Shown: positions 28,374 through 44,530 of the stretch, piece by piece | Layout: each line of letters begins with the position of its first letter | Position numbering within the stretch: the first letter of the stretch is position 1 | Assembly: GCA_012295275.1 (NCBI GenBank) | Contig: CM022671.1 | Span: 19,220,001 to 19,284,000, forward strand | Origin: Chrysomallon squamiferum | Taxonomy: Eukaryota > Animalia > Mollusca | Direction of reading: 5' to 3' | Length of the DNA stretch: 64,000 nt | The notes under the pieces: model-generated | What the model saw: only the letters and a program-made list of their open reading frames with translations | Told to the model about the DNA's origin: nothing | Database searches by the model: none | Program-made: the position numbers and the translations under genes

Positions 28374-28441
<68 letters not shown>

Positions 28442-28916
28442 AATAAATAAATACAAGATAACGTCTTAGTAGATGCAGGTTGTTCTCAACCGATATCATT
28501 GTTACGAATCCAGAGTTTGTAGCTTTTTATTCTAGTATTTGTATATTATTCTTATTCTTATTCTTACTATTCTTATTAATATTCTTTTTATTATTAAATT
28601 AGAATGACAACTGAAAGTATAATATTCAACTAATTTTTCTTCTCGTACATTTTGTAAAAAGACCAAGTCATTAATATAATGATAATTATTCGTAATGCTT
28701 TCAAATTATATTAAACATTGAAAACTACTATTTTGTAAACATTATAAACGCATTTTTTTATACCACTTAAACATACAGAATTAATGATGGAATTTACAAT
28801 TACTTCATATTTTATAGACAAATAATTATTTAAAAAGGTTAATCAGTAAAAAATACTATACTAACTTCTGGATACATGAAAGATATTGCACTTCTGCCGG
28901 AATTTGGAACTTGCAT
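27074..28916 (-). CDS. Uncharacterised basic protein, paralog B (~337 aa), putative degenerate GIY-YIG/ET-like domain plus K/N/Q/S-rich tail
   Basis: Probable exon 28866-28916 (MQVPNSGRSAISFMYPE, donor GTTAGT) joins in phase 0 to exon 27074-28036 (TAG acceptor; DNLKFRREDLQDIQFQMG..., aligning with A's YRENVRDIKFRLG), which contains the 304-aa ORF. Confidence 0.85.
28375..28452. repeat. (TAA)n then (TAAA)n microsatellite
   Basis: Directly visible, within the intron of paralog B. Confidence 0.95.
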
Positions 28917-29574
28917 TTTTGTTTTAGTTGTATGTTTTAAAACTTATCCTTATCCTTCGTTTGTCTACTAAAAAACAACATATCTTGTAATTATCTTCTT
29001 GAAAGACGTCTATGTTTTGTTGTATAATTACATGCTGAGAAGTCTGCAATCAAATAATGTTATAACAAACCAGTGACATTTTAAATAATACATTATATTA
29101 ATATTTTGAAAGAGCTAGAAGTACAGTTGGAGGTTTTAAACTGAATTAAAATAGTCATTTAAAATTTCGATCAACTATTCTCTCGATAAAACAATATCAT
29201 TACTGATGTTAGATGTGTTTATTCATTTTAAACCTTTTGACTGTCATTGTATACCAAAACAAAAAGTTCTTCTTACTTAAGATATGATATAATTTTGTTT
29301 TTGCAAATAGATGACTGCAAAAGTTTACAGGGCAAAAGATAAAATAAAACTAACCCACTGTTAATGGATATAATTTTATTAATTACATTCATGACTGATT
29401 TTATGCGCTGAAAACTTTTAATAGCTATATTTAATTATCTACAGTTTCGTCCGCTTAATGAAATGTAGAAAATAACTATCAACTCCAGCAGGCGCCCTAT
29501 CAACAAGATGACTGACTAGATACAAACATTTACTTGCCTGTATCAGCTGTATCGTGTTTTTAGCGATCTTAGAT

Positions 29575-29603
29575 TAATAATAATAGTAGTAGTACTAGTA
29601 GTT

Positions 29604-29675
<72 letters not shown>

Positions 29676-29730
29676 TAATAATAATAAAAATATACAACTT
29701 ATTTTTATTATTATTATTATTATTATTTTT
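29575..29730. repeat. Compound (TAG)n/(TAA)n/(TTA)n microsatellite
   Basis: Directly visible. Confidence 0.95.
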
Positions 29731-29978
29731 TTTTTTACTTATATGTTCCATCAGTGTTAAAAGCAGTTTGGTTTCGACATGCAAGTGTTTGATTTCAACA
29801 ATGTAACCAGGCAACAAAACGGTCTCTTTTGGGGGTTTACGGTATTTGCGGAAAGGAATACTCGGTTAATGATGAAAATAAATTATTATAAGCTTTCGAT
29901 CAGATATATAAGAATATACGTCTGCATATCTTTGGCTATAATAATTAAACTTAATGAACGAACGTCACAAAGAAAGGT

Positions 29979-29988
29979 ATGACGTCAT
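29979..29988. promoter_or_regulatory. Perfect CRE palindrome ATGACGTCAT upstream of paralog B
   Basis: Same 10-mer as at 26065, with an extra ACGTCA half-site at 29962-29967. Confidence 0.55.
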
Positions 29989-30562
29989 CCATTGTTATAT
30001 AAATATCTCAAATAAATTTTTCATTGACACTAAAAATGAGATTCCGATCCAAAAAGAAAAACACTTAACTTCATAATATATTTAATTAGTAAAATAGTAA
30101 AACAAAACATTCTATGACAACTTGTATTAACTCTACTGTAACTATTTTTTTCATTGTCCTATAAATAGCTTCTGGATAAGATATAGTCACAAAGTAGGGT
30201 CACAACCGATACATTTAATAAAACCGAATACAGAGGAAGAATCGACTTAACTTTATTAAACATTGACAAATAACAATAAATCGTTTATTTTAAACATTAA
30301 TTCCAAATTACGCATTATTTATCATTTAAGATCTGTAAGTACTGGTTCTCTGATACGTACATTTCCAAATAATAATCAGATTCATATTTTATCTATGCAT
30401 TTCTAATTGTGTATAAGACTTCTTTTTTTTTTTCTCAGAATCTGTAATACTGACTTGTCCATAACACAAAATCATTTCGCATAGTGACCGAACCCAGTGA
30501 TTGCGCGCGTTCCTTTTATGTATATATATATGTCTGTGAGAGTTTATATCTGGTACCAAATG

Positions 30563-30598
<36 letters not shown>

Positions 30599-31080
30599 AT
30601 AAAAAAAATAATAATAATAAAAAAATAAAACAAATAAATCATTTAATTTTCAGATTATTTATTACTGTTCAATAAATAAATAAATATTCCATAAATTGAA
30701 TAACAATTAAACATGCGATATACATAAAACACACATTATTAAATATATGCTTGCATACATACATATATTATACTAGATATAATTATACATACAGACACAC
30801 AAACACACATAATATATATATACGCATATATTATGTATGTGTGTATGTATATTATATATATGTATAGATATGTGTGTGTGTATGTATAATTATATATAGT
30901 ATAGTATATGTATGTATGCATGTACATATATATAATCATGTATGTATGTATGTATGTATGTGTGTATGAATGCAAGCATATATTTAATAATGTGTGTTTT
31001 ATACAAACTTAAAAATTATAATGTAGAAAACTATATCCAGTGTTTCCAGAAACCTTTTTGATCTGGTTATTATTTCCAAA

Positions 31081-31557
31081 TTACTTTTTGCTATTAGTTT
31101 TTGAATCAGTGACTTCTTTTGAGTTTTTCTTTGATACAGTTTTAGTAAATGAAGAGCGCTTCTTTGACAATGATTTTTTGGTCATCTTTTCCTGAGATGG
31201 GGAAACTTCATCTGACAGTACTAAAGTCGACGCTCTTGTCAGACCTGGAGGAGTAGATGTTTGTTTATTTGCATTTTTTGAGGTTTCTGGTTCTTCTTTA
31301 CAAGTTCTTTTTCGTTTTAATGTCGGCCATTTTGGAATCGGTAATTTTGAAGTACTGTCGTCTATTGGTGTTTTAGTCGATCGTTTTCTTCTAACATTTG
31401 ACAGGTCTGGTGGCATGACACTTCGTTTTGTAATTGTTCTCTGTTTATTCTTTGCTGTGAGATGGCTTGCCACTGTATCAGTTGTTTCATGTTTCCGAAG
31501 TTTGGCTGGAACTTCGAACGGGGATGGGCGAGACGCTTTTCTTTTAACTCCGTACAT
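31081..31557 (-). CDS. Uncharacterised 158-aa K/R/S/T/P-rich basic, probably disordered protein
   Basis: Uninterrupted non-repetitive ORF, more GC-rich than its flanks. A CAG acceptor lies 10 nt before the ATG, with an in-frame TGA just upstream, so this ATG is the start. Candidate 5' exon donors lie near 32035/32107, head-to-head with WASH1. Confidence 0.7.
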   Translation of the reverse strand: MYGVKRKASRPSPFEVPAKLRKHETTDTVASHLTAKNKQRTITKRSVMPPDLSNVRRKRSTKTPIDDSTSKLPIPKWPTLKRKRTCKEEPETSKNANKQTSTPPGLTRASTLVLSDEVSPSQEKMTKKSLSKKRSSFTKTVSKKNSKEVTDSKTNSKK

Positions 31558-31712
31558 AGTGCATCAACTGTAATATATTTATGTTAGGTGTAATCACTTT
31601 GAAACAGTAATTAAATGACAGTTAAACAGAAGCAAAAAAAAAAATAAAAAACTGGCAATTTTTTTTTATAGATGCAGGAAAAAAGGAAATAATGCATACA
31701 CTCACATACATG

Positions 31713-31715
<3 letters not shown>

Positions 31716-31757
<42 letters not shown>
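31716..31757. repeat. (TG)n microsatellite
   Basis: Directly visible. Confidence 0.95.
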
Positions 31758-31758
<1 letters not shown>

Positions 31759-32099
31759 TATTTATCTATCTCCGTTTATCTACTATTTACCTGTCTATCT
31801 GAATCTATCTGTCTAGATTGGGTAAAATCCTTTTGTTGATGTGTTAGATTGAACATTTCAATTTGTGATAACTGAATATACTTACATTAAAATAAGTCTA
31901 CATACAAATTTAAGAGATAAATATTCAGTCTACAATTAGCGGTGTAATAAACATGGGTAATATATTTTCGTAACCTTCACATTTATATACAGTTATTCGT
32001 ATTTTGTTGCAAGAATGAATAAATATACACTTTACCCAGCTATTGCTACATTGTTCCTTTGGGAGTTATATATAGGAATATATACATGTCAGTTGGTGA

Positions 32100-32393
32100 A
32101 TTTTTACCTCTAAACGTCGTACGAAATAACGAATAAACTTCAGCCACTTCTTTTGCGAAACGCACCACCTTATGATAAACCAAACCGATACGATCAGACT
32201 TGTTCGACTGACTATGGATTATTTGTCAGGGCTTTGTTAAATAAGGCTTTGGTCATATCCTTTAGCGAAATATAACGGATTACACCGATTATTTCGATTT
32301 TGTTTATGTTGTTGTACGTTTTGATCACATGATCATGAGGTCACATGATTTGGGTACAGGCGGAAGATGGGCGTCATTTTCTTCTGTAGGAAG
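32100..32393. promoter_or_regulatory. CpG-enriched WASH1 promoter and non-coding first exon, possibly bidirectional
   Basis: Local CpG cluster, two TCACATGA E-boxes (32325, 32341), an ETS/YY1-like GCGGAAGATGG, and the donor AAG|GTGAAT at 32393 that can join the acceptor at 33282. Confidence 0.6.
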
Positions 32394-33349
32394 GTGAATA
32401 TTTATTTACGCAGATAATTCGTTTTTAATATGGTCATATCTTAATTAATTTATTTTTCACTGTTAAACATTTTTGACTAATGTGTCTACCCCTAGTCACT
32501 AAGAACAGATTTGCTTATTATTATTATTTTTTTTAAATGAGAAAAATTTGAAAACAATGTCATTGTCAGTGAATGTGAATATCTGTAAAAGACAAAAACT
32601 GAAAATGATCATTAACAGTGTAACACTATGTCGTACATTTCATTTATAATAAATCGTTTGCATAACAAGACTTATTTTTACAAATTCATTTCAGTTAATA
32701 ATGTAAACGTGATGCTGCTCAGTAGTTATTTATACTATACAGTATTATATGAGTATAACTGAATATTTATACTATAGATATTAAATATATTTTTTAAAAT
32801 TAGAAGTGTAAGTAGATCACATACAACGAATAAAAACACAAATGTTTAAAACAAATAAATATAAATAAAAAACACACTGTAAAACGTTTGTTATTCTGTA
32901 TTCGTAATTATATTCTTAATTATTTATTAATTTGTAAATATAACAACACAGTATGACCATTTAATCATTAAGTCTGCCAAAATGAAAGATTGAAATATAA
33001 CTAAACTGATGGTAATATTAAACAGGTTCATATTTGTTTTAATCATATTTGTAGAAATATATGATTAAAAGTACTTGCACAAAATGCATGATTAAATAAT
33101 AAAAGCCTCAAGTTGCATCTGTTTAAACATTAATTGTGCAAATGAAACTGAAACTTTGATAATCCAAAATTAATTGTCATCTGAGACCATTTCTTTTGTG
33201 ACAGTCATTTCAACCAGAAACAAACACTATAAGAACATCAGAGTTATTGCAGATAATGATTTTTCATCTTTTCATTTTCAGTTTCAAGTTTACACTTGAT
33301 TTACCTACACTGCAGACATCTTTTTAACGGATAAAACAAACCATCATCA

Positions 33350-35658
33350 ATGACGATAATGAGCAATAAGTGTTACAATGTCCCAGGGATCCCTCCAGAT
33401 CTACGCCGTGAAGAAACAGTACTCCAAATTGCTGATGGTTTGGATTACCTGAGCAAAATTGCTGATGATATTTTCAACAGAATTAATAAACGTGTTACTG
33501 AAAACAAAACACGGTTACAAAAAATAAACGATCGTGTCAACCTGGCCCAGGCTCGTGTAAATAAGCTCAAAGGTAGTAACAAAGCTACAAAAGTCTTTGC
33601 ATGTGCAAAGTATCCAGCTAGCTCCACACTAGATGACTACACATCAGTATTCAAAGATGCAGACAGTTTGAGTGAGATTAAACGACCACACTACAGATGC
33701 CAGACGAAGCATCCTGTTGTTGATGATCGTGTACTGCGTGAAAAGTTACAGTTTTATAATGTGCACCTTAATTTGAAGCAGAGGAGTAAAATGGGTGCAA
33801 AGCAGGAAGAGGGTCTTGGTGGACTTCCTAGTGTCATTCCATCTGTCAGCTCCTTACTTCTCTTCAATACTTCAGAAAATCCGTAATTATTATTTTTATT
33901 TTATTTTAATTATATATATTTTTTTTCCCCCAGTATATCAGTATTTTTTCTTTAATCAAATTTGTTAATCACTATATCTATTTTAAAGTGTCTTTGTATA
34001 TGTATATCTATATATATTAAAGTATTTATGCATGTTTATAAAATATGTAAAAAAAAGTAAGGAAACAAAGATTTACACTACCTGAACTATATATAAAAAC
34101 AAATTCGCTTATTTCCACCAAAAAGATTTACATATTAAAGCAGATAGAATTAAGCTTTGTATTTTTATAAAACATATGATTACATAATGATAATTGTGCT
34201 GTTACAGGTATAAAAAATATGTGATGCTGGATCCACTTGGTGTTGTGACTAAAACAAGAGCTGCAATAGAAGAGGAGGGGGAGATGGCTGATGCACCAAC
34301 TACAATTGTCCAAAGAGAAGAGCTACAAAAACAGAAAACAGAAAACTACTTTTATGTACCTGACATTGGAGAGGTTCCTGAGATTGCAGTTCCTGACTTT
34401 CTTCCAAATTTATTAGGTATGTTAGAGATCTAGAAATTATTGTATTTTATCTTGAGATGGTATCTCAGAGTTTCTGCTGGGCTTTTTTTTTAGAAAGACA
34501 GTTGGTCTCTTTTAAAATATCCATTGCCACTGCAGTGAGTTAAAATGTATATCAAGGATTTGAGATATCATTAATTGTTATTTGATTTGTGAAAAATGCT
34601 AGCATATTATGTTAAAAAAGTTGAATTCCACATAATGTATATATTTCTTATCAGTTTTTGTTTAATTTTATTAGAAATAATTGCTTAAGTTTCAGAATCA
34701 TTTTAATAAATGATAGCTAACACAATACGATAGCATCCATGACATACGACTGTGACAAAGATATAAATACAAAATTAAGGAATGAATTAGAGGTTTTTAA
34801 TATCAGGATAATGCACTGTGAAGACGAAATTTGAATGGAACATAAATGTATAGCCTGTTACATTTTTTTCTTACTTAATGCATTAACAGTTTCAAATATT
34901 TCTGTTTCAATACGCTGACAAAAATTTCTCTGATATCTAATAATGGTTAACATAAAAAAATGCCAAATTTATTTATTTCAGGGGTTGCTGATGATGTGTC
35001 CTTCAGTGCTGATCAAGGTCCGTCAATTGCTCCATCAGTTCTAGGAAGTAACATCCCAGACCTGCCATCTGTGGTTCCAGAACCAGACATACCATCAGGC
35101 CCTGCAACAACAGACACTGGTGCAGCTCCACCACCCCCACCTCCTCCAGGTCCTCCTCCCCCAGAGGCCTCAGGTTCACCGCCACCACCACCTCCTCCAC
35201 CACCATCTGATGGTCCTGCTCCTCCTCCACCACCACCACCTCCTCCTCCCCCTCCTTCCGAGCCTCCATCAGCAGTACCAGCTGATGTTCCAGCACCAGT
35301 TGCTAATCCTGACAGTGGAAGAAATAGCTTGCTGGAGTCTATTCGGGCTGCAGGTGGCGCTGGCAAAGCAAAATTGAAAAAAGCCAAAGACAGAAAAATA
35401 GAAATAAAAAAGAAAAAAGAGGAAGAGAAAACTGCCCCTAGTGTTGGGGGAGGTGGTGATTTAATGTCTGATCTCTTCAGTGCTCTGACAATGAGAAGAA
35501 AGGGCATTTCTGGAACTGGAAAACCCAACAGTGGAGCATCAGACAAAACTGAAACTGGTCCGCAAGGTGGAACTGGTGTAATGGATAAAATATCAGCTAT
35601 GATTCCACCACCTCCATCACAGACTCAAAGTAACAATACAGAAGATGATTGGGAATAG
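33350..35658 (+). CDS. WASHC1: WASH complex subunit 1 (WASP/SCAR homolog), 472 aa
   Basis: Exons 33350-33882, 34208-34416 and 34982-35658 total 1419 nt in frame. Motifs: WAHD ([31 protein letters not shown]), poly-proline, WH2 ([14 protein letters not shown]), central ([19 protein letters not shown]) and acidic end DDWE*. Confidence 0.97.
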
Positions 35659-37570
35659 GTTGCCAACATTTTAAAAATAAACCAATAAAGAAATAATTTC
35701 AGAATTGTTGCAACCTACAACTTGATTTTATTTTAATAAATATGTTTAATTATTTTTTAAAGTCATCAAGGTATCAAATAACAAAAATATTCTCTATCTA
35801 GATTCATTTAAAATTGGTTATTTGTATTGTTTACATGATAAAATTTTCTTTATTGTTAATGAATGCTAAAACTTGTAAAAGAAATGGAGGAATGTTAAAA
35901 TGTGATATTAATATCATTGCTTATGAACTGTTGCTATGCAGTCACCAGATAGTATGTCAATCTGTTTTTCAGCTGGATTCTGCGATGGTGCTGACTGATT
36001 TAAAAACAAAAAAAAACAAAAAATTAAAAAGATTGCTGAGTGAGGATAAATTCACATTTGTCATGAAATTGTTAGAAAGTGTAAGAGCAACAAAGCTAAA
36101 TAAGATGCCAGGTTGCATCCGTTTCATGTTGAAGAAACAAGATTTTGGATAACGGACCAATATTTATAACTGGTAACTGTAGATATTTTGAGTATTAAAT
36201 ATTTTATTAGTGTAAGTGTTATTGTTAATTATTTTTATATAGCAAATGTTGAATTAATACAAATATATTTTAACATTTTTGGAATTATAGCTTAAATTGT
36301 CATCATTTCATAAATGAAAATAAAACAAATTATAAGCAGGAAAACCATGGTCATGTTTTATTTTTTAATTCTAAAAGAATGTCCTAAAACTTTGGCATTC
36401 CTCTGATCATGTAGCTTAGTTTAATTTCGGAGTAGGTTACTATGAAGTTTTGGAATTACAAATGTGCATTTCTTTTAAATACAAATTTTTAACTTCTTAG
36501 AATTTTTAATACGACCATTTTGAATTGGTGATTTAGCATAGAACAAGTACTGAATTAATTTTTTATATTAAATGGGTGTAAACATTTTTAGTATTTAGTT
36601 ATCTGAAACAAATTTTTAACTTGTCTTATGAGTGGAAAAAGATTCAATGCTATCCTAGATCTGAAGGCTGGTAATTATATCAAATAATAGCAAAAAAAGA
36701 AAAAGAGAGAGAGAAATAATACCAGAGAAAAGTAATTGTTTCCTGTAACAATTATTGTGAACAAAAAAGTAATAAAACATTCAGAAGGTATTTTTATTAG
36801 TTAAACATCAAAAATAAAACTGTACATTGATTCACAATATACTTAAAAAAGTTGCAAATTAAAGACAATTTGTTAATGAGGAAAAATCACATTAGTTGCA
36901 TCTTTTTAAATTATAAAGTATATTATAAATATTAAATGAAACTCAAAAGCAAAATTATACTGCAAAACAATCAGTTCTTCTGGTATACTAAAAGTAATGG
37001 TGGTTTCATCCAAAAGCTTTTTCTGAAAACTATTCTGTGGATATTCCAAGAATAACTGATCAAGAAAGGCACTTTTCCCTAATGAACTCCAAACTAAACC
37101 GATTTTAAAACAAAATATTTTAATCTCCTGAATTTCATTTTTCATTAACAGGCTTCAATACTTGCCATTAATTCTAATTCATGTTACTGTAACACAGTTT
37201 ACAACCAAAAGAGATATTTTATGAAAAACTGGTTATTAATTTCTTAAAAAGTAATACAAAATAATAAATTGCTTTTAAAGATTCAAAAATAGAAATACAT
37301 TGCACAGCTTCTTATTAAAAACTCGAGATAATTATAATTTTTTTCTTTGCCAGCATTTAAGTAATGAACTTGCTTAATGAGCAGTGAAATGTTTATCTGA
37401 AATTTTGTTTTTCCCTTTGAAGTAATTAACAGTGGATGTTACAAAAATATCTAATACTACTATCATGCTTCAACATGTGCGTAACAAAGTTGTCACAATT
37501 ATTCCTAGTATTCACTGAAAGAAACTGAATGAACTGTAACATTTCGTTTGTTTTAATATTTAATGTTACA

Positions 37571-42534
<4,964 letters not shown>

Positions 42535-43346
42535 GATTTAAACTATCAGAATTGAAGAACACAAAATATATTGTTATCCGATTCCATAAAATGTGCACAT
42601 TAATTAAACCTGTTAATTTTTTTCCCTTCTTTTCATCACTCACTTTTGTATAATTTCAACAAAATATTATTAGTGGCATTCATTACAGGTTAATATATAA
42701 TGTATGGGATTTAAAAAAAGCCACTGTTCAAATTAAATGCTTTATTACAATAGTTTCAACTTTCAGAAACTGCCAGAATAAAGACAAATTATAGTTTATT
42801 GAATATTTTAATTTATTAATAAAATTTATATAAAACCGAGTCTACCTTTACATTTTATTGAAAATGATAGAGCCAAGGTAGAGATATATGTCACTCCTTA
42901 TTCAATGCACATGTTCATATCAAAACTACCATGAACAAGTTGTAATGAGCTGAATATACAAGTTACTTGTATTAGCTTTTAGTCCACATTAATTACAGTT
43001 TAAATACATGATTGTGTTTCTATATGTAAAGAATGTATAAGCATGGTTTTGGTTTACAATTTTCTAAGATCCAAAGAACAAAATCATATCAACAAAATGC
43101 TTAGTATTAAATTAAATTTGTTTTATCTTCCAGGGCAATTAAGTATATACTTCTCATTAGATAACATGTGCATGTTCGTAAGAAACTGCACCATTTCGTG
43201 TTAAATGATGCAATACACAATCATAATTATATTAGTAAACCCAACATGCATAAAGTGGTTACCCTTCCCCAAAGGTGCAAGATAACAGGAAAATAAATAA
43301 ATAAAAATTATCAAAATAAAACATTTATTGCCCCCATCGGGTGCGG

Positions 43347-43385
<39 letters not shown>

Positions 43386-43606
43386 TTGTGTTAAAATTAA
43401 CGTATCAATATGGTTAATCACTAATTACATTCATAACTTATTTTTGCATTACAGCAGATATTCTAGGTTTTTTAATCATTAATGCGATGTATAAAATGTT
43501 TATTTTATCGAAAGCTGTTAATGGCTTAATAATAATATTGATTAAATAATGAAGGCTCCATATGACCAGCGGAGGAAAGCCCACAAGACATTAAAACGAG
43601 TTAAAG

Positions 43607-43643
<37 letters not shown>

Positions 43644-43789
43644 AGAAAACAGCGTTATCTTTAATGTCAAAGACTGTGTATTTCATACATCAAAAATATA
43701 TCCTTTTTGTATTCAAGTCTTTCTCAATACCAGTTAAAATTACCATACCTACTAAGCGAAGAGTATAATGATTTTATAACCATACAGCA

Positions 43790-44060
43790 ACAAAAACGTG
43801 GTTAAGGGAAAGCTAAACCCAATCACTACTTCCTGGATGTACCTTCGCGGCGGAATGTCACATAAACTAAAGATCTAGTTTCAATTATATGTAAACTTTG
43901 CTTTATTCCAAGTACAGGTTAACTTTTAAACAAATTCAGTAGGACAATATTTGAAAGAAAATAGTTAGAAATAGACATAGCTAAAGAGCAGTCAAATAAA
44001 ATTTTTCTTTTTGTACACTCTCAAGGATGTAGAAGCCCGCGAAAATATATAAATGTAATC
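43790..44060. promoter_or_regulatory. Putative bidirectional promoter METAP2/POT1
   Basis: Divergent genes. CpG motifs TTCGCGGCGGAA (43844) and GCCCGCGAAAA (44035; E2F-like TTTTCGCG on the minus strand) lie ~190 bp apart in otherwise CpG-poor DNA. Confidence 0.55.
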
Positions 44061-44211
44061 GAAAATAATAAATTATAATCCATTTCCTAAATTTAGATCA
44101 AAAAGTTACTTCGAATTTTCGTAAACTTTATTACTGGAGATAATTGCATAATAATTGTAAAATAAGCATATACCTGGAATAATTAATAATGCATTTACTA
44201 AATATTTAGAC

Positions 44212-44270
<59 letters not shown>
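44212..44270. repeat. (AAT)n microsatellite
   Basis: Directly visible. Confidence 0.95.
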
Positions 44271-44272
<2 letters not shown>

Positions 44273-44530
44273 TCCTGCAGATAATCACCTTGTAAATGAA
44301 AATAAAAATGTTAGATGAGGGAAATAGATTATTACATTATGTAATATATTTAAAAATATAAAAAGTGATTTATCAAAAAGATAAAAATTAAGAATAGTTT
44401 GCCAGTGGAAATGCTAATAATATTTATATAATAATATATAGTAATTGTAAATGTTCGTATCTTAATAGTGATTAAATCGAAAAATTTCCTTTTCCTTTCC
44501 ATCTTCAGTAGAAAACAAAAGCCATATACA

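Noticed and set aside
28281-30975. Poly-Tyr, poly-Leu, poly-Lys and YI/HT-rich ORFs
   Set aside because: Translations of simple repeats; no coding character.
35003-35546. Antisense and alternate-frame ORFs (177, 97, 85 aa) over WASH1 exon 3
   Set aside because: Shadow frames of the GC-rich poly-proline codons.
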